In this document: positions 9,618 through 20,871 of the stretch, one piece after another | How positions within the stretch are numbered: the stretch's first letter is position 1 | How the letters are laid out: the number at the start of each line of letters is the position of its first letter | NCBI GenBank assembly: GCA_034439575.1 | Contig: JAWXAQ010000008.1 | Span: 1 to 64,000, forward strand | Reading direction: 5' to 3' | DNA from: Leptospira sp. | GTDB taxonomy: Bacteria; Spirochaetota; Leptospiria; Leptospirales; Leptospiraceae | Length of the DNA: 64,000 bases | Program-made: the position numbers and the translations under genes | Notes under the pieces: generated by a model | Seen by the model: the letters and a program-made list of their open reading frames with translations, nothing else | Database searches by the model: none | What the model was told of the DNA's origin: nothing

Positions 9618-10853
9618 TTATAGGTCCGGCAGAGTTGGCTGTAACCCGTCTTCTCTTCGCAACCAATAGGTTTCACATTTTTTCCAATAGTTAAAGAAAG
9701 AAGGAAAGTATCCTTGGACTTCAGGAAATATCCAATCTCTTGGCTCTTCAAAGCCAATAAAACAATTGTTTGTGGGATGCTCCTTCCAATAAAATGGTTC
9801 TTTCCATTCCTTTTCCGATTTGTATATGTCTTCCCATTCTCCCCAAAAGAATTTTATCTTGGGAATGTGATGAGATAGTGAAAAAATAAAATCCATGGTC
9901 TTTGGTGAAACAGGATACTCTTTGTAATAAGAAGGTCTCATGAGAAAAATGCGATTTAATTCCTCACCTTGATGCCATTTGGGATCTAAATTATAAAAAT
10001 CATAGAGTAAGGTCGGGAGATTGGGATTAAGGTCCAGCTCACTGGCGTTATCTGTAAATTGAGTCTTGATTTCCCTCGATATTTCATATTTAACTTTTTC
10101 ATAGAACCAATTTTTTGTATTCTGGAATGCCAGGTCCATGTCCCAGATCACTAGTTCTTCTAATGGTTTAGGAATGGAAATAAACTGCGCAATCTCTTCA
10201 TAAGTCTGATCAAGATAAGTGCCTCTCTCTTCGGTTTTTAAATACCGATTGATGTTTTCCTGGTTGGCAATATATTTTTTCGAACTAAAAGTTCCAGCTA
10301 CCCACTGCCAACTGCAGGTATTACTCGCAAAATCTGCATCTAACAAATGATAATACATCCATTGGGATGGCATTTTCCAATGTGCACCCCCCACATTACA
10401 AATGATTGATGAAAGATACATGCGAATATGGTTATGTAAGTAGCCATGTTCATAGAAATCTACAAGTTCCTGGTCTATTCCATTGATACCTGTTGCCAAT
10501 GATTCTTTCAAAACAGCCTTTGGAAGCTGGTGATGTCGAACCAAAGGTTGTGGTTGCTTCAGATCAAATGCGAGGTTATCTCGTTTCGTTTTCCAAACCT
10601 GTTGAAAATAATCTCTCCATGCCAATTCTTGGACAAATTTCGAGATAAGATACGGCTTTCTCCCTTGACTCAAAATGTCATCAAATACCTGCTTTGTGGA
10701 AATAAATCCACGAGCAATATAAGGAGAAAGTAGAGTTACTGCTCCATCTATATAATTTCTGGATTTGCCATAAAGCTCTGGATCAATGGAACGTATTCGT
10801 TCTTCAATAGATTTTATATCAGTGGGAAAACAGACTTTCAAAATAATAGCCAA
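9618..10853 (-). CDS. DNA photolyase, short inverted-topology (NewPHL-like) type
   Basis: FAD-domain motifs at the N-terminus (SRNYIDGAVTLLSPY, ELAWRDYF, GYLHNHIRMY, HLLDADFASNTCSWQWVAG); antenna-like alpha/beta segment at the C-terminus. Confidence 0.85.
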   Translation of the reverse strand: MAIILKVCFPTDIKSIEERIRSIDPELYGKSRNYIDGAVTLLSPYIARGFISTKQVFDDILSQGRKPYLISKFVQELAWRDYFQQVWKTKRDNLAFDLKQPQPLVRHHQLPKAVLKESLATGINGIDQELVDFYEHGYLHNHIRMYLSSIICNVGGAHWKMPSQWMYYHLLDADFASNTCSWQWVAGTFSSKKYIANQENINRYLKTEERGTYLDQTYEEIAQFISIPKPLEELVIWDMDLAFQNTKNWFYEKVKYEISREIKTQFTDNASELDLNPNLPTLLYDFYNLDPKWHQGEELNRIFLMRPSYYKEYPVSPKTMDFIFSLSHHIPKIKFFWGEWEDIYKSEKEWKEPFYWKEHPTNNCFIGFEEPRDWIFPEVQGYFPSFFNYWKKCETYWLRREDGLQPTLPDL

Positions 10854-10959
10854 TTTCTCACGGAGACAACATATTTAAACATATAATATTAAGAATTAGA
10901 ACCGAAACAAAGAAGAATTAGCATTAGTTAAAATTTGAATGTGATTTTAAAAATAAATT

Positions 10960-13035
10960 CTACTCTTCAATTTTAAAATATGAAACCAATTGACTCAATT
11001 CACTCGATTGTGTGGTTAAATTATTGGCGACGGCTGCCATTTCTTCTGCATACGCTGCGGAGGCTTGCGATTGCTCCGAGTTAATTGAAAATGTTTTTTT
11101 CAAAAATTCCACAGATTCTTTCTGATCATTTACTTCTTTGTTGATTTCATGGAAAACTTTCATAAAGTCCGAGAAATCTTTTCTCATCAACTTCATCTCT
11201 CCATTTTGAGTCATTACCAGAGAATCAACTTTAACCATATCGACATTTAGTGTTTCAATCTTTGCGATCATTTCGGTCAGAATTTTTGATGTGACGTTGG
11301 CATATTCTAGGGCTTCATGAACCGCTTTTTCCGAACTTAGAATCATTTTCTTTATTATTGTGACACTTGCCTTAGTGGATGCTGCTAATTTCGAAATGCT
11401 TTCTGCGACGACTGCAAATCCCCTGCCATGTTCCCCTGACCTAGCTGCTTCGATAGCGGCATTGAGTGCTAAAAGATTTGTTCGGTCTGATATATCGGTT
11501 ATCACGGAAACACTTTTGTTTACTTCCAAGGAGACTCTTTGTACTTCTTTCATCGAATCCGTAAGTAAGGTGATTTTCTCGCTACCTTCAAATGATTTAT
11601 CTCTCGTCTCTTTTGACTTTAAGGAGACTGCTCGTGAAATATCATTCACATTTGTATTTAAATTTATCAAATTTTCTGTGAGCTTAAAGACTTCTAAGAT
11701 GCTCGTATTTCCCTTTTCAGTCCGATCAATTAGCCTTCCAAAGGATGTAACCATCAACTCTAAAGTGGATGCCGATTGTTCTGAGGAAGCTGCAAGCTCC
11801 TCTGCCGATTGGGCGGAATGGTCTGCCGCCATCCTTATTTCTATGGAGTTTGTTTCTAATCTACTACTGCTAGATTGTATCCCAGAAATTAACTCCGATA
11901 ATTTGTTTGTCATCAGAAACCAAGAACTTTGTAAAGTTCCAAACTCATCCGTACGATTAGAGCTCTTTGCAATTTTTAAATGTCCATTAGCAATGTTAGA
12001 ACTTTCTAATACAAATTCATTGAGTGAAACTGTGATATCTTTTGTAAGAATACTTGTGAATAGGATACTCACAAGTAGAAAGATCATGACGACAAAGGAT
12101 TTAAGGACTAATGCCTGTCTTGCGGAGGAAAGAATAGTCACCGCAAGTTTTGAAGTTTCCTCTGAATAAAAATCTTGGACATTCTTAAGTCGGTTGATTC
12201 TTTCTGTGGATACTCTCCACCAATCTTTTGGATTCTGATAGAATACACCTTCATACATAGATTTCTTTGCACTGATACGAAAGGCGTCAAATTCATTGAG
12301 GTATTCTCCTTGAAGAAGGGATTCAAAGACTTCGTATTGTTTTGCGTTGGATTGTGTTTTAATCTCTTTTTGTAAAATATTTTGAGAGGAAGAAAACTGT
12401 ATCCATCGTTCGTAAGCACCGTCTTCAAATTCTCTTTTGGAAAAAGCCCCATTAAGAGTAGCTCTTTCTAATCCAGCACTTTCTTTGAGAACCATAACTT
12501 TATAATAGGAGTTAAGTGTACTTGCTAATTCACGACTTTCTACATTGCTCGTACTTTCAAGCACAGATTCTAATAGAACTTGAATCCCATCCGCATATGT
12601 TTTCATTGCTGCTTGGGGTGCTATTTTGAAATCATCAATTTTTCTCCTGTTTTCATTAATATCAGAGTTTAGTTTGTTCTTAAAATTTATCTTTTCTATT
12701 CGATCTTCCTTTGATGGGAAGTTCTGATAGGATGTGATAAAGTCGGAGTAAAAATTTAACAAATTGTATGTCACAATTCTTTGCTTCTTAAGCTCAGGTC
12801 CAAACTCATTACCCTTGCTCGAAAGATAACCCGACGACATACCACGCTCTTTTTGGAGTTCATGTGCGAGATTACCTATGATTTTAAAATACTCCGAATC
12901 ACTTACGATCGACTGGCTCACCTTAAGCTCCACATAGGATGCATTCAATGTGAGAATGGCAAATGATAAAGCGGCCATAAGTGGGATCATCGACAATACA
13001 GATAATTTCGCTTTAATCTTCCAATTTTTATACAT
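10960..13035 (-). CDS. Methyl-accepting chemotaxis protein with periplasmic NIT (nitrate/nitrite-sensing) domain and HAMP
   Basis: [10 protein letters not shown] and [12 protein letters not shown] motifs; two TM helices; [26 protein letters not shown]. Confidence 0.92.
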   Translation of the reverse strand: MYKNWKIKAKLSVLSMIPLMAALSFAILTLNASYVELKVSQSIVSDSEYFKIIGNLAHELQKERGMSSGYLSSKGNEFGPELKKQRIVTYNLLNFYSDFITSYQNFPSKEDRIEKINFKNKLNSDINENRRKIDDFKIAPQAAMKTYADGIQVLLESVLESTSNVESRELASTLNSYYKVMVLKESAGLERATLNGAFSKREFEDGAYERWIQFSSSQNILQKEIKTQSNAKQYEVFESLLQGEYLNEFDAFRISAKKSMYEGVFYQNPKDWWRVSTERINRLKNVQDFYSEETSKLAVTILSSARQALVLKSFVVMIFLLVSILFTSILTKDITVSLNEFVLESSNIANGHLKIAKSSNRTDEFGTLQSSWFLMTNKLSELISGIQSSSSRLETNSIEIRMAADHSAQSAEELAASSEQSASTLELMVTSFGRLIDRTEKGNTSILEVFKLTENLINLNTNVNDISRAVSLKSKETRDKSFEGSEKITLLTDSMKEVQRVSLEVNKSVSVITDISDRTNLLALNAAIEAARSGEHGRGFAVVAESISKLAASTKASVTIIKKMILSSEKAVHEALEYANVTSKILTEMIAKIETLNVDMVKVDSLVMTQNGEMKLMRKDFSDFMKVFHEINKEVNDQKESVEFLKKTFSINSEQSQASAAYAEEMAAVANNLTTQSSELSQLVSYFKIEE

Positions 13036-13631
13036 TACTAAATATAGACCTTGTGAGACAATTTTTATTGAGGATAATAATTCAACTAAATGTTTTTTTA
13101 ATCAATTTATTTTTGATTACACTTTGGTTTATATTATGTTAGGTGAAATAAATATTTACCTTATTAAGGGATTGGACAAAATGAGCAATCGATAGATGAT
13201 CTCACTCGTGAGCACTAAGTCCACAAAATGGTCTGTAGTTCCCAAACATCCTTCGAAACTCGATGATTCCTTTTCGTTACAAACTTATTCACCAAGAATA
13301 AAATCTCTGGAAAATATGGCTAACATAGGTTAGTCTTACTGTCTTCACTCGCAATTGGCATTTAAAATGGTTTCTGAGAGGCCATGCTATTTTAAGACGA
13401 AATTTTTCTACTTATATAAACAAAAATTCTGAATGACAGAATCAAAAGTGTCATTGTCATTCAAAGTTGTCGTTTCCGTAGAAAATAAAATAGAATTAGG
13501 AGAGGAAGTATTATTAAATCACTTAGGACTTTGGTAAGGGATTTGGCACGATTTAGCCCCAAATTCTTGGCAGATAGATTATTATCTTGTTTGGTAATTA
13601 GCGCCAACGAATTTCGCGTTTAGATACTAAT

Positions 13632-13703
13632 CATCACGCTTGCGAATTGTAGTCTCGCAGTCGAGACAAGGTCACTTGCCTCCCGTACTTCGACTTGCCA
13701 TCC
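13632..13703. repeat. Dispersed palindromic (REP/MITE-like) repeat, copy 2
   Basis: 64/72 identity with 2-73, same orientation. Confidence 0.85.
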
Positions 13704-14054
13704 TACCGATTTTTCTACCAACGGTGGCGTCATGTTTTCAATTTTCGGAAAATGTTCATTCAACAACCGCTGGACGGATTGTGTTGCAGAACTATGTTCA
13801 CATCATCTAACACATTCGTTTATCCATAATGTTGAATATTAAATTGGCAAAAAATTATTACTAGAATCAGTTTCTATAAGTAAAAAATTTGTATTATAAA
13901 TAAATTTCAAAAAATCACCGATCGAATAACTTAGTTTATATTTGTCACATTTTTTCTCTTTACAAAGAGAAAATATAGTCGCCATTATATCGATAGACTT
14001 ACTGAATCATGAATAGTGTGGCGAATATCTGTAAGGATTCATTGGGGCTTGATC

Positions 14055-15536
14055 ATGGAATTTATTTTACTAAAATCATATTTAACCAAAAGGTTCCCTA
14101 AACGAATATTTAGAGGAGTCATTTTTTTATTGATACAAATATCTATGAATGCATGTCTTTTGAATCCAATTGTCCAAAGTCTAATTATGGATAAAAAAGA
14201 TAAATCGCCATTATTATGTTATGCTACCTTTGCTTCGCTACTTTCCGGTCCAAGCAATAGCAATAATTCAACATCCCAACTTCCTCCTCAAATTAGTTCT
14301 TTGTCGATTAGTAGTGGCATAGAAGGTGAAGCAATTACTATCACAGGGACAAATTTTTCCAATGAAACAAATGGAAATAAGGTATTATTTTCCAATTCGG
14401 TGGAAGCCACAATTGATTCCTTTTCCAGCGAATCCATTTCTGTTCATATTCCCATCGGGGCAAAATCAGGCCAACTAACAGTCACAACACAAAATGGTTT
14501 AGCAACAAGTAGTGGATCAATAACTGTATATCGATATTTTGTTTATGCTCCTGGAGGTACAAATGCTAACATCTATAAACTCGATATTAATAATGGTGCC
14601 TTGACCGCTATTTCGGGCTCTCCCTTTGCCAATACTCCGATTGGATTTTTTCATCCCAATGGAAAATTCATGTATACTTCGACTGGATCTGGTCCACCAA
14701 ACAATGTGATTCGATACAATGTAAATAACGAGACGGGTCAAATTTCTTTGGACAATCTAACATACGGATCGGCAAACAATTATCCGACTTATTTATTTTT
14801 TCATCCAAGTGGAAATTTTCTATATGCAACTAACTATACTACCCTAGATATATCTGCATTCTCAATTGATGTATCTAATGGAAATTTAACAAAGATTGGT
14901 GAATATCCAACTAGTTGCGGTTGCACCGACCTTGCACAAATTAATGTTTCAACAAATGGAAAATTTCTCTATGTGACTGGAAATAATCCATCACAAATTA
15001 TCGCTTTCTTATTGAATCAAAGTACAGGCATACCGTCATTAGCTGGTAGTGTTGCTGTACCTGGCTCAGTGGATGAAGTAATGATACATCCCAATTCAAC
15101 ATTTGTCTATGCAGTTAGTAGCGTTGGAAATATTTCCGGAGCATCTATCAACCAAACTACGGGAGGCTTAACATTATTGTCTGGATCACCATTTACCGGT
15201 AATAATGGAAATTATCGTGGTGCAATGCATCCGAGCGGAAATTATCTCTACACAGTAAATATTGTAAGTGCTCCGATTTCTGTTGGAAAGCATAACATAG
15301 CGACAGATGGTTCACTTTCTGCAGTCTCCAACTTAAGCTTTGGTACCAATTTACAATTTGTTTCTCTTGATCCTTCTGGAAAATACGGATTCGTTAACAA
15401 TGGTTCGGGTACCAATACTTTTTATGAATTTTCAATTGACCAGAATTCTGGTACTGCCAGCCTTTTGAATGGAGGAAGCCCCATTAATGTAATTGGAAAT
15501 GCAGGTAAGGTATATTCCGTACGAATTGCACAGTAG
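14055..15536 (+). CDS. Lipoprotein with IPT/TIG domain and lactonase-like beta-propeller
   Basis: ACLLNP lipobox region; PQISSLS...ITITGTNF...V.IP.GAKSG (IPT); repeated HPSGNFLY / HPNGKFMY blades. Confidence 0.8.
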   Translation: MEFILLKSYLTKRFPKRIFRGVIFLLIQISMNACLLNPIVQSLIMDKKDKSPLLCYATFASLLSGPSNSNNSTSQLPPQISSLSISSGIEGEAITITGTNFSNETNGNKVLFSNSVEATIDSFSSESISVHIPIGAKSGQLTVTTQNGLATSSGSITVYRYFVYAPGGTNANIYKLDINNGALTAISGSPFANTPIGFFHPNGKFMYTSTGSGPPNNVIRYNVNNETGQISLDNLTYGSANNYPTYLFFHPSGNFLYATNYTTLDISAFSIDVSNGNLTKIGEYPTSCGCTDLAQINVSTNGKFLYVTGNNPSQIIAFLLNQSTGIPSLAGSVAVPGSVDEVMIHPNSTFVYAVSSVGNISGASINQTTGGLTLLSGSPFTGNNGNYRGAMHPSGNYLYTVNIVSAPISVGKHNIATDGSLSAVSNLSFGTNLQFVSLDPSGKYGFVNNGSGTNTFYEFSIDQNSGTASLLNGGSPINVIGNAGKVYSVRIAQ

Positions 15537-15700
15537 GATGATTCATTAGATATTTTTAAATATTACAAAACTGAAGCTAAACAGAAAGCAAAATACTTGT
15601 TAGCTCCAATTTTATTTACAATCACATAATTTTCATCAAATAGAAAAAATCTTAAATAAAAAATTAGACTGAAATTTTACATAAACATACAATTCTATTT

Positions 15701-16309
15701 TTACTCAATCGGTTGTTGATTTACATTAAAATTCCCAAAATACTTTTTCGAAATCGCTTCCTCAAACGAAGCACGCATTTGATCTCTATAAATATTTTCT
15801 ATTTTTGATATTGGTCTTTGAAATGGTGTAACAAGGATTAAAAATAATTGTGCCCAATAGGAGTAGGATTCTTTTCTAACAATTTTACCTAAAATTTTTC
15901 CAGACTTATTTTTTATTTCTAATTCCGATGTTAAATCTGCATCAATATAAAATGGAATCAAGCCAGCAGTGAATCCAAATAAAAAGCCTAGTCCATCGTT
16001 CGTTTTCGAATCTTCTATCACATGATAGTGAAGATTGAATTCGGCGCCAGTTTCAGAAGCAGTAAACAAACCAGTTTCATCAATAACTGCGTTCAATTGC
16101 TTTTGACGTTCTGCAATAAAGGCAGGCTGGGGTGTCGTGTTATTTCCGTTTACTAATGCAGTAGAACTAAAATCTAACTTATAGGTTAATTTTTTTGTGA
16201 CAGGATTTACGACTGTTACTGCAGAATTGTATTTGGCTAAATCATTTTTTCTAAGAGTTATACAATTTACAATAAATGTTAGAAAGATTAAAAAAAGAAT
16301 TTTGAACAT
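15701..16309 (-). CDS. Hypothetical lipoprotein
   Basis: MFK plus hydrophobic core plus IVNC lipobox; 202-aa ORF. Confidence 0.7.
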   Translation of the reverse strand: MFKILFLIFLTFIVNCITLRKNDLAKYNSAVTVVNPVTKKLTYKLDFSSTALVNGNNTTPQPAFIAERQKQLNAVIDETGLFTASETGAEFNLHYHVIEDSKTNDGLGFLFGFTAGLIPFYIDADLTSELEIKNKSGKILGKIVRKESYSYWAQLFLILVTPFQRPISKIENIYRDQMRASFEEAISKKYFGNFNVNQQPIE

Positions 16310-16463
16310 AGATACTCCGTTTTCAAAGAATTATTGTCATGTTAGTAAATAATAGATAGTTAGCATATTAGATTTAATAAGATAAAAAAATCACTTCAAT
16401 TTGTAAAATATAGTTTTCATATTTTTATCAAGACTATGCCAAATAGTATTTTCATCATTCATT

Positions 16464-17570
16464 TCAAAAGAAAATAGCGCTAGAGCTTAAAGTCGAAGTG
16501 CAATGTGTGCTTGCAGTGCCTGCAGTATATGGAGCTCCACCATTGCTATAATAATTATGTACTAATGGACCTACATCTATAAAAGGAACTAGGCATGTAC
16601 CAACAACAACTCCAGTCCCATTCACTCCTGCGCAGTTTTGAGTGCCACTATAGGTACCGCTTAAACTTCCAGTACATGTCGTAGAAGTGAAACCATTATG
16701 ATAGTCTGGGACATTATAACATCGACTTGCCCCCGAATACCCGTTACAACTGATGGAATAAGAACCATTACTTGCCTGGGATATAATGATTAAATTCACA
16801 GTGCTCGTTGTATTAGCGGCTGAAGCATATAACTCAATGTATACATCAGCTGTAGAAGAAATTGTGAATTTGGTTGCTGTCCCAGTAGAATTAGCACCAC
16901 TAGTCGCCAATATCGTTCCTGATAACGAAAAACTGTTGTTAATATAAAGCTGATAGTTATTGGTACCAGCACCACCGAAGGCATTGACGAGATAAGTTCC
17001 AGCAGACAAATTTACTTTATATATCTTTGTTCTTGGAGTCGCACCTGTAATTCCTTGGCTAACGGTTCCTAATGTCGGTGTTATCTTTGTTGCGATGCTC
17101 AAAGAACTAACATCCAACACAGTAAGGTTACTGCTAGATGTTGCAGTGTTACTTCCTACTTTTACAGATACCGCCGAAGCATTGTTGGATGTCACTTGTG
17201 GTGCAGTTACTGTCAATGATGACACGCTTGCGCTTGTTACGGTTAATGTTTGACCACCCCATGTAACAGTATTGCTCGTAGCTGTTGCAGAAAAATTCGT
17301 TCCAGATATTGTAACAGAACCTCCTTCCATTACAGCGACCCCACTGGAAATAGGGTATGCTCCTGTGACTGCGGACATCGAACTTATCGTTGGATTATTG
17401 CTTGTTGAAGAATCGCTACTGCTAGTAGAACTCGTACTAGTACTGCTCCCTCGCGATAAAGCGAGTAATGGCAATAGAGTTTCCGATTGGTCAGCCTTTT
17501 TCGCAGGGGGACAATGAATTAGGCTCAAACTTAAAGCAATAAGAAAAAGTAAACGTAATACTTTCTTCAT
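16464..17570 (-). CDS. Ser/Thr-rich lipoprotein with IPT/TIG domain and Cys-rich C-terminus
   Basis: ATG 17570 after GGAG; LIHC lipobox; PTISSMS...VTISGTNFS...VTWGG. Confidence 0.75.
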   Translation of the reverse strand: MKKVLRLLFLIALSLSLIHCPPAKKADQSETLLPLLALSRGSSTSTSSTSSSDSSTSNNPTISSMSAVTGAYPISSGVAVMEGGSVTISGTNFSATATSNTVTWGGQTLTVTSASVSSLTVTAPQVTSNNASAVSVKVGSNTATSSSNLTVLDVSSLSIATKITPTLGTVSQGITGATPRTKIYKVNLSAGTYLVNAFGGAGTNNYQLYINNSFSLSGTILATSGANSTGTATKFTISSTADVYIELYASAANTTSTVNLIIISQASNGSYSISCNGYSGASRCYNVPDYHNGFTSTTCTGSLSGTYSGTQNCAGVNGTGVVVGTCLVPFIDVGPLVHNYYSNGGAPYTAGTASTHCTSTLSSSAIFF

Positions 17571-17980
17571 TTCGTATCTCCAATTTTCGATTATAATAAG
17601 GTAGTAGTATTTATTCTTCAACTAACCCACATTTACGATCATAAAATAGGAAATCGACGTCAATTTATAAAATTTAGATTTGTTCGAAAAATTTATGTGA
17701 TACTACTTTCTCAAAAATTTCATTATAATAACTCTTTAACATAATATTATTTGGCCCATTCTATGCCATCGTAATTTATTATATTCATGAATTTATGAAA
17801 ATTGAATATGTAATTTATCTGAATTCGCAATTTTCGATAATAGTATCGTATAAAATTATTATCAATCTGTAAGTTTGGTTTTCTTTTCTATATTTATATG
17901 AATAATATCGAGTTCCTCAATATTATTCCCCCCAGAAGAATAATAAATATCCAAAAAGGCTTGTCAGACTCCCAAACTCA

Positions 17981-19573
17981 ATGTTACGATTGGGTTCGAT
18001 GAAAATAATTACCTGGATGCTTTTTCTTCCACTGATGATAACAGGAATTTCTTGTACATCAAATCATCCAGGAGACCAAAACGTAACTAGTCATTTTGAA
18101 TACTTAATAGACAGTAGTCAGGAAATTCCTTTTGACCAAATTCAAAAAGAAACAGCTTGGAATCAAATTTCTACACCTCATTTATCATTTAATTTTTCAA
18201 ATGATGTGATTTGGCTCCGAGCGAAATCTAATGAAAATGTGTTTTCGAAAGATAGGATACTTTCGCTCGAATGGAAGGCACTCGATTCCGCCATATTATA
18301 TTATCCATTAAACCAGAAAGAATTTCAAAACTTTAACACGGGTGATACGACACCTAAATCGAAGTGGGCATTCCCTGATGCTTTGTATCCTAGCTTTAAG
18401 ATACCAATCAAATCCAGTGGGTCATATTTTTATATTAAAATACATTCCAAGTCATTGATCTCATTTCCGATTCGTTCTATAGATCAAAAATCATTAAATA
18501 AGAGAATGATTTTAGAAACGGCTATCACCTGGCTTATTTTAGGTGTTTGTGCTGTTATGATAATTTTTTCTCTATTCTATTATTTTGCTTTTGGACTTAG
18601 TGAATTTTTTTTCTACGCTGGTTATGTGGTCTGCACTGTGTTATGGTACAATGTTCAATATGGGAATGCTTACGACGTGCTTTGGCCAGAATTTACGTGG
18701 TGGCAGAACAAAGCTATTTTAGTATTTTCTACATTAGGGATATTCTTTTCGTTTCAATTTGTGCGAATGTTTTTGAATACCAAAGTAAATAGCCCAAGAA
18801 TTCATAAAATTTTAATGTTTATCGGGATTGTAGCACTCTTATTGGTTCCTGCGATTCTTATTTCAGATACGACAAAAATATTTTCTAGGATTGCCACTTA
18901 TATTTATTTATTTTCCATTCCTATGATCCTTGGTACTGGATTGCACCTTTATATCAAAGGCGAAAAACGAATCTTATTCTTTTTGTTAAGTTGGGGATCA
19001 TACTTTATTGTCAGCTACAATACGATTTTTTATTTTTTAGGAATCCTTCCATATTCGACTCCTCTCCTTTATTCTGCTGTGTTTATTTTTCCCATAGATT
19101 TGTTTTTCTTATTGTTTAATCTATTACAAAAATATGAGAAATTAGAAGGGGAACGAAATGAAATTCTTCATAGGATCCTCACTTTAAACAACACACCAAC
19201 TGCCCGTTATGTGAAATCAAAGCTAAATTCAATCAACACGGAAGAATCACTAGCAAAATTAGAAAACTGGATGCGGGAAACTAAACCTTATTTGGATGAA
19301 AAACTGGATCTAGAGATTGCCTCTCATGCCATAGGGCTAAATGTCCAACAGACTTCTGAATTACTAAATTCTAAATTGGGAGTGAGTTTTCGCGCTTACT
19401 TGAATTCATTTCGAATAACAGAGGCGAAGAATTTGCTCAAGGAAAAATCGGATATGTCAATTCTTTCCATAGCGTATGCCACAGGATTTGGTTCCAAAAC
19501 GGCCTTCAATGTAGAATTCAAAAAAGCCACAGGACAAAGTCCGTTACAATACAAACAGTCAGTAGGTGAATAA
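17981..19573 (+). CDS. 7TM-DISM sensor fused to AraC-family HTH regulator
   Basis: DISMED2 (FSNDVIWLR), seven TM helices, C-terminal IAYATGFGSKTAFNVEFKKATGQSP. Confidence 0.9.
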   Translation: MLRLGSMKIITWMLFLPLMITGISCTSNHPGDQNVTSHFEYLIDSSQEIPFDQIQKETAWNQISTPHLSFNFSNDVIWLRAKSNENVFSKDRILSLEWKALDSAILYYPLNQKEFQNFNTGDTTPKSKWAFPDALYPSFKIPIKSSGSYFYIKIHSKSLISFPIRSIDQKSLNKRMILETAITWLILGVCAVMIIFSLFYYFAFGLSEFFFYAGYVVCTVLWYNVQYGNAYDVLWPEFTWWQNKAILVFSTLGIFFSFQFVRMFLNTKVNSPRIHKILMFIGIVALLLVPAILISDTTKIFSRIATYIYLFSIPMILGTGLHLYIKGEKRILFFLLSWGSYFIVSYNTIFYFLGILPYSTPLLYSAVFIFPIDLFFLLFNLLQKYEKLEGERNEILHRILTLNNTPTARYVKSKLNSINTEESLAKLENWMRETKPYLDEKLDLEIASHAIGLNVQQTSELLNSKLGVSFRAYLNSFRITEAKNLLKEKSDMSILSIAYATGFGSKTAFNVEFKKATGQSPLQYKQSVGE

Positions 19574-19614
19574 ATAAAATATTAAAGTATATATCAAAAT
19601 TAATTATACTTCTT

Positions 19615-20751
19615 TTAATATGCCATCCCATAGCTATGAATCTGACTTATTTGGGTACTGCTTAATGCCGTTCCATATATCTGAATATCATCGAGTGCAC
19701 CCCGCCAGTAAAATGCTAAGCCTCCACTACCGGTCCAAGTTCCTATCGCGAGTGAAGCTGAAATTGTATTGAGTGGCCCGCCTCCTGCGAAAGTCGAAGT
19801 CCCAATAAAAATTCCATTGACATAAAAACTCGCAGTAGTTCCTCCATTGAAAGTAGAACATAAATGAGACCAGGTGTTAATCGGTATAATATAATCGGCA
19901 TAGGCATCGTATGAGCTTCCAATAAAAGAAAGTTGGTGCACACCAGCATTATTCGAAATTCCTAATACAGAGACGTTAGTTGCGGCTGTATTACCATATC
20001 GTATGACCATATGATGAAATGTATTTGCAGGAAGGACAGAAGGATTGATCCATGAACACATTGTCCTCGGACTTGCCCCCATAGGCAAACCAGTATCTAC
20101 TCCTGTAAAATATTGGTTGTTCGTAGTATAAAGATAGGCTCCATTAGAGTCGCCGTCTTTACCAATTGTTACTGTTGGTGCCCACTCAGGCGAACCTAAG
20201 GTAATCGCCAATGAACCAGAATTTATTGTGGAACCGTTCGTAAAATGATATCGCACTAAAGGTTGAATCATCAGAGACACAGCAATTGAAATAGTCGTTT
20301 GCAGATTCCCATTTGCATTTGTCGCCGTGATGTTATAACTCGTGGCTACTTGCGATACAGTTGGCGTGCCACTGATCGAACAGTTTGTCACATTGATGAT
20401 AAGCCCTGTCGGTAAAGCAGGCGTTATTTCGCAGGATGATAAAGTTGCTGTTATAGAAGGTGAAATAGACGTGATCGGAACGAATTGTAAAAAAGTGAAT
20501 GGACTTCCAGTGTAAATCAAAGAATTTACCAATTCGGTTTCACTTGTGCTAGTACTGCGAGAACAAGCAGAACCTTTCAGAATACATGATAATATTTGTG
20601 TTTCAGTAAATTCATGGCTATCGAAATCTCCTGCATTGTTGAATTGTTTATGTGTGCAACCAATAAGAGAATATAATAAAATTAGAATTAAAAAGAAAAA
20701 TTTACAAAGACTAGAGAGATAATATTTACAGTGACTCATTCGCATTTTCAT
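19615..20751 (-). CDS. Lipoprotein with Ig-like repeat and LamG domain (partial paralog of 2589-6929)
   Basis: LIGC lipobox; YTGSPFTF...LPTGL...ISGTP; GKDGD...GLPMGASPRTMCSWINP; start could be upstream (20784). Confidence 0.8.
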   Translation of the reverse strand: MKMRMSHCKYYLSSLCKFFFLILILLYSLIGCTHKQFNNAGDFDSHEFTETQILSCILKGSACSRSTSTSETELVNSLIYTGSPFTFLQFVPITSISPSITATLSSCEITPALPTGLIINVTNCSISGTPTVSQVATSYNITATNANGNLQTTISIAVSLMIQPLVRYHFTNGSTINSGSLAITLGSPEWAPTVTIGKDGDSNGAYLYTTNNQYFTGVDTGLPMGASPRTMCSWINPSVLPANTFHHMVIRYGNTAATNVSVLGISNNAGVHQLSFIGSSYDAYADYIIPINTWSHLCSTFNGGTTASFYVNGIFIGTSTFAGGGPLNTISASLAIGTWTGSGGLAFYWRGALDDIQIYGTALSSTQISQIHSYGMAY

Positions 20752-20871
20752 CTTAACAAAGGAGTATAATTGATCGGTGCACATCCGTCGTTCCGATATA
20801 TAATTCTGAACAAATTTATAGATTATTTAATAGATTTAGCATATGGCTTCATACTAAATTAGGGATACATA

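Noticed and set aside
11360-12169. 269-aa + strand ORF
   Set aside because: Antisense shadow of the MCP coding sequence; no recognisable motifs
13543-13558. TGGCACGATTTAGC, sigma-54-like promoter
   Set aside because: GG-to-GC spacing is one base short of the strict -24/-12 requirement, and no gene starts nearby
13196-13620. Long non-coding gap that might hold decayed genes
   Set aside because: Only short open frames with no recognisable family motif
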